A stretch of 46,369 bases of DNA, from contig JBDREA010000098.1 in assembly GCA_043820265.1 (NCBI GenBank), positions 1 to 46,369 of the forward strand, in the 5' to 3' direction. Position 1 is the first letter of the stretch. Each line of letters begins with the position of its first letter. Made by a program: the position numbers and the translations under genes. This stretch comes from Candidatus Altiarchaeota archaeon (lineage in GTDB: Archaea; Altiarchaeota; Altiarchaeia; IMC4; JBDREA01). Below are positions 45,200 through 46,369 of this stretch, piece by piece. The notes under the pieces are model-generated. The model searched no databases, was not told the DNA's origin, and saw only the letters and a program-made list of their open reading frames with translations.

Positions 45200-46281
45200 A
45201 TTAGCGTGTTCATCTGCCAGATGCGTAGCGGATTGTTTATCTTCTTCTTGAATTCATCGGATATGGTTGACAGCTGGTTTTCTGACAATTCATAGGTGCT
45301 CTGAAGATAACTTAGTATATTTTTAACATTTCTTGTGGGTTCATCAACCGCATGTTCAAGGGCGTAGTGGAGGTAGGCGGCAATGTTGGTTTTCCAATTT
45401 TTACCAAAGAAATCTTTTCCATACTGATCTGGTTGTGCACCTATGTATTCAAATATTTCTTCTATTCTTTGTTTACTGGATAGTTCCTTATATTTTTTGT
45501 ATGCCGCTGTCGGTCGAGCCGTATAGCTTTTAGGGTCTAGGATGAGAGTTACGAGATCTTCGATTATTGCTACTCGCATAATTTCCTTATGGCGCTGTTT
45601 GTATCCTAAAGAGTATAGTAACTCCATTGATTTCGCTACGTAAATATCTAAAAAAAATCTTTTTCCCAGATAATCCACCCCATCATAGCTTCTGTCTATT
45701 GCAAGATTGCTAAGCATGTTCAAAAGCAGGTTGAAGATTATCATTGAATTTTGGTCTGATCGTTTTTCAGAGGGTAGTCCGACAACAGATATTACTAGTA
45801 ATTTGAAAAAAAAATTGGACACTTCTTTTCCCATAAAATATATTGAGAAGAGCGATGTGACAAAGTCTAAGTTGTCTTTTCGCCCCATCTTCTCTTGGAT
45901 GCTGTTGGCCCATTCCTCTTTTTGTTGGAGGTTTTTTATGATATGTTGGGCGTCGGTTTCCTCGTGAGGGCTAAATGAGTATCTTCTGACCCATGCATGT
46001 ATGATCTCTGGGTTGGAATAGAAGGGAATTCTTGGTTTTCCACCGACGTGGTATTTTTGACCTTTTATTAAAAATTCTTTTTTTGAGAAATTGTTAAGGC
46101 TTTTTCTGTACGCTTCCTGGGTTTTAACTCCGAGAAGCAGGTTTTCTTTTGCTAAAGTGTAGCTCCAAGACTCCCCGTTTATCATTCTAAGATACAGTCG
46201 GGTCAGAGAATCCTCGGATTTCCCTGTGAGGTCTTCGAGTTTTGCTTGGATTCCCTTGGTTGTGATGGGTGAATTAGTCAT
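45196..46281 (-). CDS. hypothetical protein, possible N-terminal winged helix (start uncertain)
   Basis: Long ORF; ATG at 46281 follows AT-rich TATA-like tracts; helix-helix-GGKPR wing pattern. Confidence 0.6.
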   Translation of the reverse strand: MTNSPITTKGIQAKLEDLTGKSEDSLTRLYLRMINGESWSYTLAKENLLLGVKTQEAYRKSLNNFSKKEFLIKGQKYHVGGKPRIPFYSNPEIIHAWVRRYSFSPHEETDAQHIIKNLQQKEEWANSIQEKMGRKDNLDFVTSLFSIYFMGKEVSNFFFKLLVISVVGLPSEKRSDQNSMIIFNLLLNMLSNLAIDRSYDGVDYLGKRFFLDIYVAKSMELLYSLGYKQRHKEIMRVAIIEDLVTLILDPKSYTARPTAAYKKYKELSSKQRIEEIFEYIGAQPDQYGKDFFGKNWKTNIAAYLHYALEHAVDEPTRNVKNILSYLQSTYELSENQLSTISDEFKKKINNPLRIWQMNTLI

Positions 46282-46369
46282 TTCAGGCCCATGAAGATAC
46301 AATATATACCACTGGAGTATATAATATACACTAAGTGAGGGTTTATAAATTAAACCGATTTTTCTCAAA

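Noticed and set aside
191-45967. Numerous short antisense and alternate-frame ORFs in the track
   Set aside because: They are shadows of well-supported genes and have no motifs.

Overview
Archaeal chromosomal segment. The lineage is inferred only, most resembling DPANN/Altiarchaeota-type genomes. It holds the rps13-rps4-rps11-rpoD-tRNA(Leu)-rpl18e-rpl13-rps9-rpoN-rpoK-rps2 superoperon and housekeeping genes (eno, tpiA, purF, argJ, C-terminal half of carB, DGGGP synthase, hxlB, pelota). Also present are a pilin/prepilin-peptidase/TraC-like cluster, a TrmB + NitT/TauT ABC cassette, an ABC-2/PrsW module, a frameshifted mtrH, and a rearranged archaellum cluster (flaH-I-J-CDE-G-F). There are five tRNA genes, two with canonical BHB introns. 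Three non-coding signals stand out. (1) A 102-bp element with perfect 20-bp TIRs starting GGGATATA and a 14-bp target-site duplication overlapping the tRNA-Gln 3' end, a candidate non-autonomous mini-casposon. (2) A family of 24-29-nt bulged-hairpin modules with shared geometry but different sequences, stacked without spacers or TSD; I found them only at tRNA loci: in a duplicated tRNA-Thr 5' half, in tRNA-Ser acceptor-stem mimics, and in the tRNA-Gly intron and its downstream copy. (3) A 51-bp inverted-repeat element with conserved arms and an 18-bp variable spacer at two divergent promoters. Protein calls come from motif recognition by eye, with no database search.
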